From Alphaproteobacteria bacterium (lineage in GTDB: Bacteria > Pseudomonadota > Alphaproteobacteria > UBA6615), in the NCBI GenBank assembly GCA_038131445.1, contig JAYPPL010000010.1:42683-106682 (forward strand): a stretch of DNA of 64,000 nt, given 5' to 3'. How positions within the stretch are numbered: the stretch's first letter is position 1; each line of letters opens with the position of its first letter. The position numbers and the translations under genes were made by a program. This document shows, piece by piece, positions 1 through 9,206 of the stretch. The notes under the pieces were generated by a model. It was not told the DNA's origin, made no database searches, and worked only from the letters and a program-made list of their open reading frames with translations.

Positions 1-897
1 ATCGTGGATCATCTGCCGGTTGGTAAAACGGTACGGCGCGCGGCCCGCGATGGCGTCGGCGAAGCCTTCCATGTTCGCGCGCACCGGGTTGATGTCGGCG
101 ACGGGGACAGTCTTGGGGTCCGTTCCGCGCATGCCGATCACGAACTGGTCGATGCCAGTCAGCCGCGCCCAGCCTTTCGAGCCGAGCACAGTGAGGATCC
201 GGTTCGGCGCGGTCACCATGACGTTCCCGATATAGGCGGTCGGCCCGCTCTCGAAGGTCAGCAGGGCCTGAGCGGAATCCCGCTCGATCACACGGTCGAC
301 GGCCTGCGCGTAGACTTCGCGTACCGGGCCGACGAAGTGCTGGAACAGGTCGAGGAAGTGGCTGCCCATGTGCCACAGGCCGCCGCCTGGCGCCTCCTCG
401 ACACTCTGGCGCCAGCCGGTCACGTCCGCCAGCGTGTCGTGGCTGAGATGGCCTTCCATGTGCATGATCTCGCCGAGTTCTCCGGATTCGATCATTTCCT
501 TAATCTGCGTCTGCGCCGCGCCATAACGCTGGTTATGGCCGAGGCCGAGCTGGATGCCCGCCGCTTCCGCCGCAGCGACGGCGCGTTCGGCCTCGGACTT
601 GCTCAGCGCGAAGGGCTTCTCGGTGAAGACGTGCTTGCCCGCGGCGGCGCCCGCCACGATCTGGTCGGTGTGCAGCGAATGGGGCGTGACTAGGATGACC
701 GCGTCGATCTCCGGGTCGGCGAGGACGTCATTAAAGGAGTCCGCGACCTTCAGTCCGGTTTCCGCGGCGGTCTTCTCCGCGAGGCTACGGTCCAGATCCA
801 CAACTGTGGTGATTGTGACCTTGTCGCTGTGCCCGAGGGTCGAGCGGATGTGCATCTGCCCCCACCAGCCCAGCCCGATAACTGCGGTTCTCAGCAT
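1..897 (-). CDS. Gfo/Idh/MocA family oxidoreductase (partial, C-terminus beyond left edge)
   Basis: Not in ORF track because it runs off the window. The reverse complement from ATG (cat at 895-897) reads open to position 1: MLRTAVIGLGWWGQMHIRS...AAGKHVFTEKPFALS. It has the N-terminal Rossmann GxGxxG-like motif and the EKP motif typical of the family. The 4..693 plus ORF is its antisense shadow. Confidence 0.8.
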   Translation of the reverse strand, partial: MLRTAVIGLGWWGQMHIRSTLGHSDKVTITTVVDLDRSLAEKTAAETGLKVADSFNDVLADPEIDAVILVTPHSLHTDQIVAGAAAGKHVFTEKPFALSKSEAERAVAAAEAAGIQLGLGHNQRYGAAQTQIKEMIESGELGEIMHMEGHLSHDTLADVTGWRQSVEEAPGGGLWHMGSHFLDLFQHFVGPVREVYAQAVDRVIERDSAQALLTFESGPTAYIGNVMVTAPNRILTVLGSKGWARLTGIDQFVIGMRGTDPKTVPVADINPVRANMEGFADAIAGRAPYRFTNRQMIHD

Positions 898-1048
898 CGT
901 TTCCCCCTAAATTCGCGGGTTTCACCTTTAGTGGCGTGTTTCCGCGTTTCCGGCGGACGGGTTGCTCATTCGGCGAGACAAGCGTTCTTGTGATCCGCCA
1001 CCGGTTCTCGTGCGTGATAATTAACATGAGAACTTACGGAGGCAGACC

Positions 1049-2089
1049 ATGAAATTCGGATTGTTCGGCAGCGCGCAAGCTAAACGTGGCGGTCCCGATG
1101 TAGACAGCGCCAAGGGTTACCGAGACTGGCTAGAATACAACACCGAAGCGGAGGCTTTGGGGTTCCACTCCACATTCGCTGTCGAACACCACTTCACGGG
1201 GTTCGGGCAGGTTTCCGCGACAATAAACCTGCTGACCTATCTGGCGGCGCAGACCTCCACCATCCGCCTCGGTACCGCTGTATTGGTTCTGCCCTGGCAT
1301 AATCCAGTGCTACTGGCCGAGCAAACCGCGACCCTCGACCTGCTGTCGGGTGGGCGCTTCGATTTCGGCGTCGGCAAGGGCTACCGCTTCAACGAGTTCA
1401 AGGGTTTCCGCATCCCCATGGAGGAAGCCGGGGGGCGCTTTGAGGAATCGCTCGAGATCATGACCAAGGCTTGGACCGAGGACAAACCCTGGACCTATGA
1501 GGGCAAGTACTGGTCCTTCGAGGACGTGATCGTCGAGCCACCGACGGCCCAGAAGCCGCATCCGCCCCTCTGGATGGGAGCGGGCAGCCCGCAATCCATC
1601 GCGGCGGTAGCCGAGCGGGGCTACAACCTCCTGCTAGACCAGTTCGCGCCAGTCGATGCGATCTACGCGCGCATCGGGACCTTCCGCGACGAGGTGGCTA
1701 ATTTCGGCCGGGCGTTCAATCCCTACGAGGTCGGCGTGGCGCGCGGGCTTTACGTGGCGAAGGATGCCGCCGACCGCGACCAGGCGCTGGAAAAGCGGAT
1801 CTCGGCGCGACGTCGGGTCGATAACCTGGCTCAGCGGCCGGACGGCGGTAACAAGTCCTCGTTAATGGCCTATGACGACACGTTGGAGGCGACATCCGCG
1901 GCGGCGATGTTCGGAACTGTCGATGAGATCGTGGAGAAGATCCAGCGGATGCATGATGCTGGCGTGCGCTATATGCTGTTCTCCGACGGTGGCTCGGGCA
2001 TCGAGGGACTGCGCACCTTCTCGAAGGAGATCATGCCCCACTTCGCAGACGCGGAGGATGACTCGGTGTTTTTACGCGCGGCGGAATAG
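1049..2089 (+). CDS. LLM-class (luciferase-like) flavin-dependent oxidoreductase
   Basis: 346 aa ORF with GGAGG-like RBS. MKFGLFG...FHSTFAVEHHF...LGTAVLVLPWHNPVLLAEQ...LSGGRFDFGVGKGY is typical of the bacterial luciferase-like monooxygenase family. Confidence 0.85.
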   Translation: MKFGLFGSAQAKRGGPDVDSAKGYRDWLEYNTEAEALGFHSTFAVEHHFTGFGQVSATINLLTYLAAQTSTIRLGTAVLVLPWHNPVLLAEQTATLDLLSGGRFDFGVGKGYRFNEFKGFRIPMEEAGGRFEESLEIMTKAWTEDKPWTYEGKYWSFEDVIVEPPTAQKPHPPLWMGAGSPQSIAAVAERGYNLLLDQFAPVDAIYARIGTFRDEVANFGRAFNPYEVGVARGLYVAKDAADRDQALEKRISARRRVDNLAQRPDGGNKSSLMAYDDTLEATSAAAMFGTVDEIVEKIQRMHDAGVRYMLFSDGGSGIEGLRTFSKEIMPHFADAEDDSVFLRAAE

Positions 2090-2168
2090 GGTTGTGGTGC
2101 GCGCGCTTGCGGCCGGCAGGCCGGCGCGATAAGCCTTTCGGCCGTCATTCGCCGGACAGGACGATCCC

Positions 2169-2930
2169 ATGGCCCTCGAGCTCTATCACCACGACGCGTC
2201 CACTTGCTCGCAGAAGGTGCGGATCTGCCTGGCCGAGAAGAGCGTGGAATGGGTGAACCGGCAGGTGGATCTCGGTAGCCAGGAAAACCTGACGCCCGAA
2301 TATCTCGCCATCAACCCTAACGGGGTGGTGCCGGCCTTCGTACATGACGGCACGCCGATCATAGAATCCACGGTGATGTGCGAGTACGTGGACGAGGTCT
2401 GGTCCGACGGGCCGCGTCTGACGCCGGAAGACCCTAAAAAACGCGCGGAAATGCGTGCCTGGCTGCGATACATCGACGAGGTGCCATCCATGGCGGTGCG
2501 GGTGCCGACCTTCCAGGACCTGCTAATCGAGCGCTTCAAGGCGATGAGCGAGGAGGACTACGCAGCCTTCCGCGATTCCAACACGCTGCGCCGCGACTTC
2601 TTTATGCGCCTCAACCGCACCGGCTTCAGCAAGGAAGAGTACGAGAACTCCCTGATGCAGCTCCGCGCGACGGTGGAGCGCATGGAGGCGGAATTGTCAA
2701 AGAACGGCCCGTGGCTGGTCGGTGAGCAGTACACCATTGCGGATATCTGCATGGCGCCGCTCTTCCAGCGCATGGAAGACTTGGGCATGAGCAACATGTG
2801 GGATGACGCGCCGCAGGTTGCTGACTGGTTTGCGCGCATGAAGGCGCGCCCGGCCTATGACGCAGCGTTCTATCCGGGTGCGCGGATGACCGATGTCTTC
2901 CCGCATCTGCGCGAAAAAGCAAAAGCCTGA
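2169..2930 (+). CDS. glutathione S-transferase family protein
   Basis: 253 aa. N-terminal thioredoxin-like GST fold pattern (LYHHDASTCSQKVRICLAEK...INPNGVVPAFVHDGTPIIESTVMCEYVDE). Confidence 0.85.
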   Translation: MALELYHHDASTCSQKVRICLAEKSVEWVNRQVDLGSQENLTPEYLAINPNGVVPAFVHDGTPIIESTVMCEYVDEVWSDGPRLTPEDPKKRAEMRAWLRYIDEVPSMAVRVPTFQDLLIERFKAMSEEDYAAFRDSNTLRRDFFMRLNRTGFSKEEYENSLMQLRATVERMEAELSKNGPWLVGEQYTIADICMAPLFQRMEDLGMSNMWDDAPQVADWFARMKARPAYDAAFYPGARMTDVFPHLREKAKA

Positions 2931-2953
2931 GTTCAAGATATCACGAGGGCCTC

Positions 2954-3826
2954 ATGGCTTCCGAAGACCCACGCGCCGTACTCGATTTCTTCACCGCGCG
3001 CGCGAGAGAGATTCGCACCCCCTGCGGTGACGGAGAGATGGTCTGGCGCGAGTGGGGAGCTGCGGCGCCCGGCACCGTGCCTCTAGTTCTGCTTCATGGC
3101 GGCTCGGGCGCGTGGAACCACTGGGTCCGCAACATACCCGTACTGGAGGACCGGTATCGCGTGGTCGCGGCCGACCTTCCGGGCTGCGGGGATTCCGCCG
3201 ACCCATCGGAGCCCTATGACGCGGACAGCCTCGCTGGCATCGTGTCGGACGGTCTCGATGCCGTCGTGCCAGGCGACGGGCAGTATGACCTTGTGTCGTT
3301 TTCCTTCGGCGGGGTGCTTTCCGGCCTCGTGGCTCGGCGCCAGGGCGCACGGTTGCGCAGCCTGACCATCGTCGGCACGCCAATCCTCGGTCTGATCACG
3401 ACGGGTAAGGCGAACGACCTTGTCGCGATCCCCGCGCATCTTCCACCGGAGGAAGCGGCCCCGCTGTACCGGGGGAACCTTGAAAAGCTCATGGTTCACG
3501 ACCCGGCGGCCATCGATGACCTAGCCATGTGCCTGCACTTGGAAAACATGGCGAAGGTCCGCCTGCGCTCGCGCGGGATCGCGCGCCGCCACCCGGTGGC
3601 TCCCGACCTTGTGGGGAGCGCCTGTGCGCTGAATTTCATCTTCGGGGAGTGCGACCCCACGCTGGCCCCGGACCTCGCCGGGGTCCGGGCGCATGTCGCG
3701 GAAACCCATCCCGATGCGAATTTCCATGTGGTGCCGGGGGCGGGTCACTGGGTACAGTACGAGGCCTCGGAGGCGTTCAACCGGCTCCTGCTGTCCTGGC
3801 TCGAGAGATTCTACGCTGTATCCTGA
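2954..3826 (+). CDS. alpha/beta hydrolase
   Basis: 290 aa. Contains the LVLLHGGSGAWNHW oxyanion region, a VSFSFGG nucleophile-elbow-like motif and a C-terminal GAGHWVQYE His motif. Confidence 0.8.
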   Translation: MASEDPRAVLDFFTARAREIRTPCGDGEMVWREWGAAAPGTVPLVLLHGGSGAWNHWVRNIPVLEDRYRVVAADLPGCGDSADPSEPYDADSLAGIVSDGLDAVVPGDGQYDLVSFSFGGVLSGLVARRQGARLRSLTIVGTPILGLITTGKANDLVAIPAHLPPEEAAPLYRGNLEKLMVHDPAAIDDLAMCLHLENMAKVRLRSRGIARRHPVAPDLVGSACALNFIFGECDPTLAPDLAGVRAHVAETHPDANFHVVPGAGHWVQYEASEAFNRLLLSWLERFYAVS

Positions 3827-3840
3827 CCGGAAGGGTTGAT

Positions 3841-4257
3841 TCAGGATGCATTGGGTTCAGGAAGCTTTGCTTCTTTCGGCTCGGTCGGATACTCGGCCTT
3901 TTTCCAGGCGCCGTAGCCGCCGCGCATATGCGCCACGGGTCCGAGGCCCATCTCATGCACGGCCAGTGCAGCCAGCGCGGAGCGCATGCCGCCTGCGCAA
4001 TAGAAGATGAACTTCTTCCCGGAGCCGAAGACGTCGCGATAGTAAGGGCTGTCGGGATCGACCCAGAATTCCAGCATGCCGCGCGGGGCATGGATCGCGC
4101 CGGGAATTGTGCCGTCGCGCCAGAGTTCGCGGATATCGCGGATATCGACCAGCTCCACATCGTCATTGCCGCGTACGGCCATGACCTCTTCCACGGTCAT
4201 GGTCTCGATGACCTGTTCCGCGTCTGCGCAAAGCTTCTTGATACCCTTGGTGATCAT
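3841..4257 (-). CDS. rhodanese-like sulfurtransferase domain protein
   Basis: Active-site loop FYCAGGMRS (CxxGxR). I prefer the ATG at 4257, preceded by GAGGAGAG, over the longer track start at 4320. Confidence 0.8.
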   Translation of the reverse strand: MITKGIKKLCADAEQVIETMTVEEVMAVRGNDDVELVDIRDIRELWRDGTIPGAIHAPRGMLEFWVDPDSPYYRDVFGSGKKFIFYCAGGMRSALAALAVHEMGLGPVAHMRGGYGAWKKAEYPTEPKEAKLPEPNAS

Positions 4258-4455
4258 GACTCTACTCTCCTCTGGTCGGTAGGACCGGCTTTTTGATGTC
4301 TGGGCGTTGTTTGAGGGCAATTATAATCAAAGAATTTACCGGCGACTCGGATTCAGCGTCGTGATTTGTGATAACTAGGCGCTGATTTTGTCCGCGCCGA
4401 CCGGCGGGACACCCTTACACATTCAATTGCCAGGATCCGACGGAGGCGATGGCTC

Positions 4456-6627
4456 ATGACCGAAATGATTAACGCGGGAAACATTCAGGTCGCCGCACCG
4501 CTCTACAACTTCATCAACAACGAGGCGCTTCCGGGCACCGGGATCGAGCCGGACCGTTTCTGGTCCGCGCTGGACGAGCTGGTGAACACGCTGGGCCCAC
4601 GTAACAGGGCGCTGCTCGCCAAGCGTGACGACCTGCAGGTGAAGCTGGACGCGTGGCATACGGAAAACCGTGACAAGGGGTTCGACCTCACGGCCTACAA
4701 GGCCTTCCTTGAGGAGATCGGATACCTCGTCCCCGAGGGCGGCGACGTACAAGTCGATACGGCCAATGTCGATTCTGAGATCGCGTCCATCGCTGGTCCG
4801 CAGCTCGTGGTGCCGATCACCAACGCGCGCTATGCGCTGAACGCCGCCAATGCGCGCTGGGGCAGCCTCTACGACGCGCTCTACGGCACTGATGTCATCC
4901 CGCAGCATGACGCGCCCGTCTCCGGCTACGACCCGGCGCGCGGCGCCAGGGTGATCGCCTATGCGCGCGATGTGCTGGATGAGGCTGCGCCGCTGGCCGA
5001 GGGCTCCCACGCCAATTCCACGGGCTACACTATTGAGGACGGTAAGCTGGTCGTCTCCGTCGATGGCCTCGCGCCGACCGGTCTGAAAGACCCGTCGCAC
5101 TTCGTCGGTTTCAAGGGCGATGCCGCATCGCCGTCGTCGATCCTGTTGGTCAACAACGGCATCCATGCCGAGATTGTGGTCAACCGCGATCACCCTATCG
5201 GCAAGGACGACCCCGCCGGCGTCGCGGATGTGGTGCTAGAATCGGCTCTGACCACGATCATGGACTTCGAGGACTCGGTCGCAACCGTCGATGCCGAGGA
5301 CAAGGTTGTCGCCTACCGCAACTGGCTCGGCCTGATGAAGGGCGACCTGACTGCTTCCTTCGACAAGGGAGGCAAGACTGTCGCGCGCTCGCTGGAGCCC
5401 GACCGCACCTTCACGGCGGCAGGCGGCGGGGAGATCACTCTGCACGGCCGTTCGCTGATGCTGGTGCGCAATGTCGGCCACTTGATGACTATCGGCATGG
5501 TCCTCGACCAGAACGGCGAGCCGGCCTTCGAGGGGATCATCGACGCGCTGGCCTCCGCGGCGATCGCGATCCACGATCTTAAGGGTAATGGAAAGTACCG
5601 CAACAGCCGCACCGGCTCGGTCTATATCGTGAAGCCGAAGATGCACGGGCCCGAGGAGGTCGCGTTCTCCGACGAGCTGTTCGGCTCGGTCGAGAAGGCG
5701 CTCGGCCTCGACACCAACACGATCAAGATCGGCATCATGGACGAGGAACGCCGCACCACGGTGAACCTCAAGGAATGCATCCGCGCTACCAAAAGCCGGG
5801 TGTTCTTCATCAACACCGGCTTCCTCGACCGCACCGGCGACGAGATGCACACCTCGATGGAAGCGGGCGCGATGATCCGTAAGGGTGACATGAAGGCCGC
5901 CCCGTGGATCCAAGCCTATGAGAACTGGAACGTGGATATCGGGCTGGAATGTGGCCTGCCGGGCCATGCCCAGATCGGCAAGGGCATGTGGGCCATGCCG
6001 GACCGCATGGCCGACATGATGGAGCAGAAGATTGGCCACCCGAATGCCGGTGCAAATACTGCCTGGGTGCCGTCGCCGACGGCAGCCACGCTGCATGCTC
6101 TGCACTATCACAAGGTCGATGTGGCCGCGCGCCAGGCCGATCTGAAATCACGCGGCCGGGCGAATATCGACGATATCCTATCGATCCCGGTGACCGAGCG
6201 TCCGAACTGGCCCGAAGCTGACATCCAGAACGAGCTCGACAATAACGCACAGGGTATCCTGGGTTACGTCGTGCGCTGGGTCGACCAGGGCGTCGGCTGC
6301 TCCAAGGTGCCGGACATCAACGATATTGGCCTGATGGAAGACCGCGCGACCCTGCGTATTTCCAGTCAGCACATGGCCAACTGGCTGCACCACGGCATCG
6401 TCACTGAGGATCAGGTGATGGAGACCATGCAGCGCATGGCCGGCGTGGTGGACAAGCAGAACGAGGGCGATGCGGCCTACCGTCCTATGGCGGGGCACTT
6501 CGACGACTCGGTCGCCTTTCAGGCGGCCTGCGATCTGGTCCTGAAGGGCCTCGAGCAGCCCAGCGGCTACACCGAGCCGATCCTGCATGCTCGACGGATC
6601 GAGGCGAAGGCCAAGTACGGGCAATAG
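4456..6627 (+). CDS. glcB: malate synthase G
   Basis: 723 aa. Length and sequence ([30 protein letters not shown]...) are characteristic of the G-type malate synthase. RBS GGAGG lies upstream. Confidence 0.95.
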   Translation: MTEMINAGNIQVAAPLYNFINNEALPGTGIEPDRFWSALDELVNTLGPRNRALLAKRDDLQVKLDAWHTENRDKGFDLTAYKAFLEEIGYLVPEGGDVQVDTANVDSEIASIAGPQLVVPITNARYALNAANARWGSLYDALYGTDVIPQHDAPVSGYDPARGARVIAYARDVLDEAAPLAEGSHANSTGYTIEDGKLVVSVDGLAPTGLKDPSHFVGFKGDAASPSSILLVNNGIHAEIVVNRDHPIGKDDPAGVADVVLESALTTIMDFEDSVATVDAEDKVVAYRNWLGLMKGDLTASFDKGGKTVARSLEPDRTFTAAGGGEITLHGRSLMLVRNVGHLMTIGMVLDQNGEPAFEGIIDALASAAIAIHDLKGNGKYRNSRTGSVYIVKPKMHGPEEVAFSDELFGSVEKALGLDTNTIKIGIMDEERRTTVNLKECIRATKSRVFFINTGFLDRTGDEMHTSMEAGAMIRKGDMKAAPWIQAYENWNVDIGLECGLPGHAQIGKGMWAMPDRMADMMEQKIGHPNAGANTAWVPSPTAATLHALHYHKVDVAARQADLKSRGRANIDDILSIPVTERPNWPEADIQNELDNNAQGILGYVVRWVDQGVGCSKVPDINDIGLMEDRATLRISSQHMANWLHHGIVTEDQVMETMQRMAGVVDKQNEGDAAYRPMAGHFDDSVAFQAACDLVLKGLEQPSGYTEPILHARRIEAKAKYGQ

Positions 6628-6654
6628 TCCCGGCGTTGCTGTAAAGCGAATGGG

Positions 6655-6686
6655 AAAGGGCGGAACTCGGTCCGCCCTTTTTCTTT
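6655..6686. terminator. rho-independent terminator after glcB (possibly bidirectional)
   Basis: AAAGGGCGGA-actcgg-TCCGCCCTTT, a perfect 10-bp stem followed by TTCTTT. Located 28 nt after the glcB stop. Confidence 0.6.
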
Positions 6687-7104
6687 AGTCCAGCGTCTTC
6701 AGCCAGAACCGAATCGGCTTGTCGAGTTCCTTCTTCTCGCGCACCTCGAAGAAGCGGCGCTAGAGCCCGCGGCCCCAGTATTCGGGCAGCAGCACCGCCT
6801 CGCCGAAATAGAAGGTGCCCGGCGTGTCGAACTCGGCTTTAAGGGTAGGCGCACGCTGAGCCTTATACTCGTCATCGAGCGGCACCGCCGTGGTTACGCC
6901 TACCACCTAATCACCGTCGAGCACGACGAAGAGTGACGCACGCGGTGAGGCCGTACAGACATCGAGATAGTCTCGCTCGGACTCCATGTCTCCGTCATAA
7001 GGATAGAGCTAGTCTCGGAAAATCGTGCTTCGCAGTCACGCGAAGTCATCGCGCCGCCGGGCAATCTCCGCGCCGATCAGGTGTCCGAAGCGGAGTTCGC
7101 TCAT
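6685..7104 (-). pseudogene. GNAT family N-acetyltransferase reading frame with four in-frame stops
   Basis: A single 140-codon frame, MSELRFGHLIGAEIARRRDDFA*LRSTIFRD*LYPYDG...FVVLDGD*VVGVTTAVPLDDEY...FYFGEAVLLPEYWGRGL*RRFFEVREKKE. Stops are at 7036-7038 (TGA), 7009-7011, 6907-6909 and 6760-6762 (all TAG). There are no frameshifts. The start ATG overlaps the regulator stop (ATGA). Confidence 0.7.
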
Positions 7105-8579
7105 TGCCTCGCAGAGACATAGGCCGAGACTCCGCGGGTGTTCTCGTCGGTCTCCAGTGCATGCGCCACGGGCGGGAAGGCGCGCTGGGCGCAGTCCATG
7201 CGCGGGCAGGTCCGGCACGATACGCCGATAGGAACGATCCGCTCGGGCCGCTCGAGGTTGATGCTGTCCGCATAGACTAGTTCGCCCGCATGGCTCATCT
7301 CGCAGCCCAGCCCGACCGACAGGAAGCTGCGTGGCTCTCCGAAGCCACTGCTGTTCTTCAGCACCGTGCGCGCGATGCAGAAGAAGGTCTGGCCATCGGG
7401 CATCTGGGATATCTGGACTTTAATCGCGCCCGGCTGCAGGAAGGCCGAATAGACGTTCCAGCGCGGGCAAGTGCCGCCATGGCGCGGAATGTGGATGCCA
7501 GAGAGCGAGAACCGCTTGGAGATGTTGCCTGCGATATCGCTGCGCAACAGATGGAAGGGCACGCCGCGCCTTTGGGGGCGCTGCAGGGTCGTCAGGCGGT
7601 GGCACGCCTGTTCGAAGCTAACCCCAAAGCGGCGCTGTAGCAGTTCCACGTCATAGCGGTAGTACCTGGCCGCCTTGTGGAAGGCATCATAGGGCATCAG
7701 CAACGCACCGGCGAAGTAGTTCGCTAGCGCGATACGCGCTAGCCGGCGGGCGTCGTCGTCGGTGAAGTCACCTTCGTCGACCAGCAGGTTGATCTCGCGC
7801 TCGGCTGCCAGCAGGCCGATCTGGTGAGCTGCCTGGAAGTTGCGGCTGTCGGCGCGCAACATCTTCGACAGGTTTAGTACGCCCTTGTCGGGGTCGAACC
7901 GACGCACTGCCTGGTTGTCGTCCTCAGGCAGGTCGCTGACACGCACGTCGAAGGTGTTAGACAGGAAAGTTGCCATGGCGCGGAACGGGTCCTCGCCGGA
8001 CAGCGAGGAGTCATGGTTCACACGCTCGGCGGCCTCTTCCAGTTCCGCGAAGTGGTTGGCACGGGCCTGCAGGAAGTCTGATACCTGTTCACTCGAAAGG
8101 CGATCGCTCAGGATTGCCTCGTCGCCAGCACTCGCCGGACGGGCACTGGTGACGGCGGCGTCCTCGCGCATACTGCGGTAGCGGTCGTAGAGCGCCAGCA
8201 TAGCGCGCGCTAAGGTCGCGTTTGAGGTCACGAGATCCCGCACATCGGTGTTCGTCAGGTCGATATCCCCGAATAGGTCGTCCGCGAAGGCTTCCATCAG
8301 GTCGGCGCTGAGACGGCCTTCGTCGCTTTCGGCGATCTCGCTCAATTCCAGGTCGAACCGCTCGGCCAGCTTTTTGAGCAGGGGGACGGTCAGGTTCCGC
8401 CGGTTGTGCTCGATCAGGTTCAGGTAGCTGGCAGAAATTCCGAGCTCGCCTGCCAGTGCGGCCTGGCTCACGCCCTCCTGTCGGCGCAGGCGCCGGATGC
8501 GTCCGCCCAGCTTGGCCCCTCTCCTTTTGAGACCGTCGTTATTCGTTGAATTTGCGGCGATGGCGTCGAGGCTGGCCAT
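7101..8579 (-). CDS. XRE-family regulator with ImmA/IrrE-like domain (short-chain fatty acyl-CoA regulator ScfR/RamB type)
   Basis: 492 aa. N-terminal HTH (IRRLRRQEGVSQAALAGELGISASYLNLIEHNRR) plus a long C-terminal domain with a Cys-rich end. The position between glcB and an aceA remnant fits glyoxylate-shunt regulators of this family. Confidence 0.85.
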   Translation of the reverse strand: MASLDAIAANSTNNDGLKRRGAKLGGRIRRLRRQEGVSQAALAGELGISASYLNLIEHNRRNLTVPLLKKLAERFDLELSEIAESDEGRLSADLMEAFADDLFGDIDLTNTDVRDLVTSNATLARAMLALYDRYRSMREDAAVTSARPASAGDEAILSDRLSSEQVSDFLQARANHFAELEEAAERVNHDSSLSGEDPFRAMATFLSNTFDVRVSDLPEDDNQAVRRFDPDKGVLNLSKMLRADSRNFQAAHQIGLLAAEREINLLVDEGDFTDDDARRLARIALANYFAGALLMPYDAFHKAARYYRYDVELLQRRFGVSFEQACHRLTTLQRPQRRGVPFHLLRSDIAGNISKRFSLSGIHIPRHGGTCPRWNVYSAFLQPGAIKVQISQMPDGQTFFCIARTVLKNSSGFGEPRSFLSVGLGCEMSHAGELVYADSINLERPERIVPIGVSCRTCPRMDCAQRAFPPVAHALETDENTRGVSAYVSARQ

Positions 8580-8629
8580 GTCGAATCTCCGGTTTTACGC
8601 CTCATTCGCGTTTTCAGGTGCGGAGAAAA

Positions 8630-8649
8630 AATTTACAAAAATTTACAAA
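8630..8649. promoter_or_regulatory. tandem 10-bp direct repeat AATTTACAAA x2 in the divergent regulator/aceA promoter region (candidate operator)
   Basis: Perfect tandem copies at 8630-8639 and 8640-8649. The reverse complement AAAGTTTGTAAA resembles, from memory, the RamB box AAACTTTGCAAA. Confidence 0.3.
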
Positions 8650-8763
8650 CTTTCTCCAATAAACTCAGGAGCTTGTTTCATCACACGGTCAAGTTGTCAA
8701 TATTTTACATTACGGATGATCGGTGGGGTGGCGTGAAATAGAACTTTACCGATGGAGTGACCA

Positions 8764-9150
8764 ATGCCCCACGACATGTCTTCGATTATGCGCGGTGACG
8801 GAAACAACTCGGGCGACAACGAGACCTGGTAGGTCTCGGAATGGGCCCCGGACCGCTGGAAGAACATCCAGCCCGACAGCACCCGCGTCGATGTTGAGCG
8901 CTTGAGCGGTTCGCTGCCGACTAGCCACACGCTGGCCGAGAACTGCGCACGCAAGCTCTGGCAGCTCCTGCAGGATGAGGAGTACGTGCCGACGCTGGGT
9001 GCTTACACCGGTAACCAGGCGGTTCGGCACCTTCGCGCGGGCCTCACGGCAATCGACCTGTCGGGCTGACAGGTGTCGGCGGACGCTAACTCCTCGGGCC
9101 AGTCCTCGACCTCGGCAATGGCCGAATCCACCGAGGGAGCCCAGTTCTAA
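8764..9150 (+). pseudogene. aceA: isocitrate lyase remnant (N-terminal quarter fused to last ~15 codons, two in-frame stops)
   Basis: The frame reads ...ETW*VSEWAPDRWKNIQP...VERLSGSLPTSHTLAENCARKLWQLLQDEEYVPTLGAYTGNQAVRHLRAGLTAIDLSG*QVSADANSSGQSSTSAMAESTEGAQF*. It matches the ICL N-terminus, including the LSGWQVAADAN motif with W replaced by TGA (9067-9069). TAG is at 8830-8832. The end resembles the ICL C-terminus (..TGSTEESQF in E. coli). About 300 internal codons are missing. Confidence 0.75.
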
Positions 9151-9206
9151 GGGAGGAGCTGTGACCCGGAAGGGAAGGCCTGAGCAGGTATGTCGCGGGC
9201 CTTTTT

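Noticed and set aside
6685-9150. In-frame TAG/TGA codons as evidence of stop-codon reassignment
   Set aside because: Intact neighbours terminate normally on TAG (glcB, RNR alpha, cysQ region), TGA and TAA at the expected protein ends. A changed code is therefore not supported.
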